Assembly (NCBI GenBank): GCA_021613535.1
Contig: CP075492.1
Span: 19,096,001 to 19,160,000 of the forward strand
Reading direction: 5' to 3'
Length of the DNA stretch: 64,000 bases
Source of the DNA: Adineta vaga
Taxonomy: Eukaryota; Animalia; Rotifera
Shown here: positions 59,696 through 64,000 of the stretch, one piece after another
How the letters are laid out: every line of letters starts with the position of its first letter
Numbering within the stretch: position 1 is the first letter of the stretch
Notes under the pieces: model-generated
The model's input: only the letters and a program-made list of their open reading frames with translations
Database searches by the model: none
Told to the model about the DNA's origin: nothing
Position numbers and translations under genes: made by a program

Positions 59696-62256
59696 ATGAT
59701 TTGAAGAATCGTTTCTCTAGTATTTCTTTTGATTTTTAATGCATTATCATTATCAAAAGCTACACAATCTGTTTTTATGTCTATTATGACTGGATGGCAA
59801 TTTCAATGTATTCAGACAACTTGTTTACCATTTTCTACTAAAATTGTACCAAATATTATCATATGTCAAACAACTTGTTTAATTGATATTAATTGTCAAG
59901 CCGTTAGTTTTCATCCCTCATCTTCTATTTGTGAAATATTTGTCAATATTCCGAATCCAGCTGGTAATATGTTGTCGGATATGGATACGATTACTATGAT
60001 TACTATTGTTGGAATGCGAAATCCTTTCGGTAAGTTATTAGGTCAAGTCAACCTAAAATTCTTTACTGCATTAAGATTAAATGAACAAGATAAATCGATA
60101 CTACTATTCGAAGTTTCTCTTTGAACATATCTCAGCTTTTGAAAAAATAACCATTTATAAAATGCATAGATAAATCTTTTCATAGAAATTATTAGAATTT
60201 TAAAAAGTATTTGTAATATAGTATAACATGATGGAGTCCGTTATACAGCTACTACACTATATTCAAAAGCTCAAGTTCACTGAAAAGTGCTTTGGAGATG
60301 TTACTCTTGAAATAAATTGATTTTAATGACAGTCACATCTTCCGCATCCATTCACTTTTATATGTAAAATAGCACATTATCATCGTGATAATCACCGAAG
60401 CTGTTGAATATACATTAGAATTCTGCGTCTTTGAATTCATTAAACTATATGTCTATAAAGATATTGTTAATTGTTGAGATTGTAGAAACAGTTGTGACTG
60501 GTTATGAGAACTCAATCGGTTTCTAATGTATCAGATATATTATGACATGATCGAATTCTAAGAAATGTTTCTGTAATGTTTAACATCGTGGAATACGATA
60601 ACTGATCTTTTGAACAGAATTGACAACGTCCTCAACAACAACTTCTTCATCTTCATCATCATCGTCTTCAACAACGTCATCATCAACATCGTCTTCAACA
60701 ACAACTACAACAACAACGAGTAAGTGATATAGTAGATCGTTTTCATTACTGTTTAAAGTCTTCTAACTGATGGGACTACCTTGAATTAGAGATAAACGAG
60801 AAAGCTAAAGAAAACATCCTATCACTGCCATCATTTTTCTACTGTTGCCAGTAAGTGAGCAAAGACAATGCGTAAACAGACACTCAACAAACTTATTTAA
60901 TCATTAATAACTAAATAAGAACAGTTTCTATCTTTATCGTACCATTCTCACGTATGGATGATATAATCTGTCGAATATAAATATTAAGAAGTACAATGTA
61001 TCTATATAAACATTTTTGTTTCTTAAAACAACTCAATAGGTACGTCGACAACAACAACTGCAACTGAACAACCTATAACTTTACTCTTACAACCAGATGA
61101 TAATGTTGTTGGCTTATACAATACAACAGCTGGCAAAACTACAAGTAACTTCAATGGTATTTATTCAAATAGTAACGAAGATCCACGTGCTGCAATTGAT
61201 CGTAATCTAACAACAAAATATCTTAATTTTGGTATAACAGGTTGTAGTGGTTGTTCGGTGAATGGACCAGGAATAGGTACAGGATTTTTTGTTACACCGT
61301 CTATCAGCAATGCTACTGTAGCTATTGGAATCATTTTTGCTACTGGAAATGACGATCCCGAACGTGATCCACTTACAATTACTCTTGAAGGATCAAATGC
61401 AATGACTAATACTACACTTCATTTAGCTACAAGTTGGACATTAATCTATAATGGATCGACAGGTATTGATTCTACAATTAACAATACTCGTTCAGCTTAT
61501 GCTATTCAACAAAACTTTAATAATACAAGAATTTTTGCAAGTTATAGACTTCTAATTACATCACAAAGAAGTATTGCTAGTTCAGTGCAATATGCCGAAG
61601 TTCAAATTCTAGGTTATTATCCTTTCTATATATTATGAATTTATTTTTATTAAATATTCGATTTGATATCATTAATAGGTAAATCTATAACAACAAATGA
61701 ACGATCCATTGTTTTTATTACACGACCAAATGATACTATTACTAGTTTGTATAATACAACAACTGGCAAATCTACAAGTGGCTTCAATGGTATTTATCCA
61801 GCCTCTAATGAAGGTCCTTGTAATGCAATTGATCGTAATCTAGCTACCAAATATTCTAATTATGGTGGTACTGGTGGTCCGGCTCGTACTGTTAATGGAC
61901 CAGGTATAGGTACAGGCTTTTTTATAATACCATCTATTAGCAATGCAACTATAGCTCGTGCAATACTATTTGCTACTGCAAATGATTATAGTCCTCGTGA
62001 TCCACTTACAGTTACACTTGAAGGTTCAAATGCAACAACAAATACTACACTACATTTAGGTTCAAGTTGGACATTAATCTATACAGGATCAACAGGTATC
62101 GATTGTTCAAATGATCCTGGTCGTTCAAAATATGTTACTCAACAAAATTTTCCAAATACAATGATATTTGCAAGTTATCGACTTTTAATTACTTCACAAC
62201 GTGGTATCGAAGACTCAACTCAATATGCAGAAGCTCAAATTTTAGGTTATATTTAA
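59696..62256 (+). CDS. Secreted PAN-like + Ser/Thr linker + two tandem F5/8-type-C/discoidin-like domains, 4 exons; codon 3 is TGA
   Basis: MI*RIVSLVFLLIF; CQTTC..CQAVSF..C; AIDRNLxTKY..ATxNDxxxRDPLTxTLEGSN..SYRLLITSQR..QYAExQILG twice. Confidence 0.7.
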
Positions 62257-62439
62257 ACTAAAATCATATTTTTTTCTTTTCTTTTCAGAAGAACTCTTTT
62301 TGTTGTGCTTTATTCTTAATTTCTCATACGGATTATAAATAAATCATCTTAAGAGTGCATTTTAATGAATGATAGTATTTTTTTTGAATACGATTAAAAC
62401 CTGAATCAGCTATATAAAAATCTCCATTAAATTTATCGA

Positions 62440-62830
62440 GATAAATTCCTTCTGAATAATATAAATATTCAGTTGTATTTGATTGTTCATTCATAGACGC
62501 ATTATATGGTATTCCAATGATAACAGTACCTTTTAATCCAGTATATTGATTAATTCATTTTATTGTTTTATCTTGAGAAACATAAATATTTCCATGACAA
62601 TCACATTCAATTCCATTTGGACATACATCACGCATTATAATTTTACCTTGAGTTGAATTTAATGACCAATGTTAAATTCGATTCATATCAGCAACATAAA
62701 TATTTTTTTGATTATCAAGATAAAGAGATGTTGGTCCTTTAAGTTTATTTAATTGATCATTTGATGTAGAAGGAACTCCAACTACTATTTCTCCTTCTTT
62801 TCGATATTTTGTATTTAATCGATAACTTGA
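62440..62830 (-). pseudogene. NHL-repeat fragment
   Basis: LNKLKGPTSLYLDNQKNIYVAD..PNGIECDCHGNIYVS; frameshifted. Confidence 0.65.
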
Positions 62831-63024
62831 CAAATTTACATTTTTTATATTCAAAAATAAATTCAAAAATTCGAATTTCATTCGAGAGTTATGTATACTA
62901 CAAAAAGTTTATGAGAGATGGACATGAATTTTTATCATTTGATAGGGCTTTTTATTAACTGGAAAACTATGCATCTAACTGAGACGATTCATATATGTTT
63001 TAAATAATTTTGAGAAAAAAAGTT

Positions 63025-63165
63025 AAAATTCCTGTACTCCCCTCAGCGATGGTCTGATGTATAATCACATTTTTTTTTTCAATAACTCAACTATTTCTTG
63101 ACGGATTGATTTCATCTTCGAACTCAACCGAGATATTGATGAAACTGAACTGCATAGAATTTTCA
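63025..63165 (-). mobile_element. HINE-like fragment
   Basis: cctgtactcccctcag..catcttcgaactcaaccgagatattgatga matches the 47060 copy. Confidence 0.65.
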
Positions 63166-63492
63166 ATAAAAGGTTCGTCATCACGTACAACATGTGAATT
63201 TTGTCTATTAAAATTTGACATAACCTAAAAAATCAATGAATATATGAAATCTTTTTTTCGATAAAGAAAAAGAGGTATCATTTTATCATGTGACTTTGTA
63301 CAAAATAATATAAAAAATATTCATTAGTCGTGATAATTTTCTCTCAAAGGTAATGATCGGACGAAAAAGAGATGAGTCATTGTCGAATGTTTTTTTTTCT
63401 TAATTTATTTTAAATAATTGCTTATTCAACATTGATTTCCCATGAAAAGAAACTTATTGAAGCATATCGAATATTTTTATTTTCGTTTTTAG

Positions 63493-64000
63493 AAAAAAAG
63501 ATTTTCTTTTTCTAAATCAAGTCATGTTATCGATATTTGTGCTGATGATAATTCATTAAAAAATTCAATTGAACATATATTATTACCATTAAAAGATGAA
63601 TTAGATGAAGATCGTTCATTTAATACAATTCGTTTTTTAAAAACAAAATCTTATTCAAATACAAATGCAATTTATTCTTTTATGTTATTTGTTGAAATAT
63701 TAAAAGAAGTTCCACAAAGTGATCAAGGTAAAGATTATATGTTAAAAATATTTAAATTCTCAAGAAGAAGAAATACTTTTTAATATTGGAACTATTTTTA
63801 AAATTGATTCAATTGAAAAAGAAGAAGAATTTTGGCGAATTAAAATTCATGCAATTGATGAAGGTACAAATGAAAAGAGAAAAAATTTGAAAAAACAAAT
63901 ATTAATCTTTTATTTGGTCGATTATTAATTCATATGAGTTTATTTGATAAAACTGAAATAATATAATTAGATGCGCATAAAATTTTTCATGAATTAGAAC
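63493..64000 (+). pseudogene. Broken coding fragment of unknown family
   Basis: HVIDICADDNSLKNSI..FMLFVEILKEVPQSDQGKDYML, then frameshifts. Confidence 0.4.

Noticed and set aside
1-64000. Bacterial contamination, given the bacterial-like caspase, FG-GAP and GT genes
   Set aside because: These genes are interleaved with, or themselves contain, spliceosomal introns and share the same repeats.

Overview
AT-rich eukaryotic genomic DNA with short (about 50-60 bp) GT-AG introns. It is most likely from a bdelloid rotifer (inference from TGTGGG/TGAGGG telomere-type hexamers, expanded F-box/LRR, FG-GAP, NHL, TPR and PAN families, and many intron-poor foreign-looking genes). The window is an accessory, fast-turnover region. 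It holds a mucin-like secreted gene, F-box genes, a truncated AKR7-like reductase, a divergent eIF5 paralog, a head-to-head pair of bacterial-type caspase-like genes (one lacking the catalytic His), a large multi-module membrane/FG-GAP gene, several Cys-rich secreted genes, a probably GPI-anchored nucleoside hydrolase, a palindromically duplicated secreted gene pair, an RdRP with a long unexplained C-terminal domain, a nucleotide-sugar-transporter/glycosyltransferase fusion divergent from a fucosyltransferase-like gene, a non-RD kinase, and many pseudogenes, hAT MITEs and HINE/DINE-1-like elements. The most striking unexplained structure is about 20 short hairpins of the form TGAGGG(TGTGGG)n-spacer-(CCCACA)nCCCTCA. 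They have no visible TSD, often follow ATCT, cluster just downstream of gene 3' ends, and sit at several gene truncation points. All calls are by eye; no searches were run.
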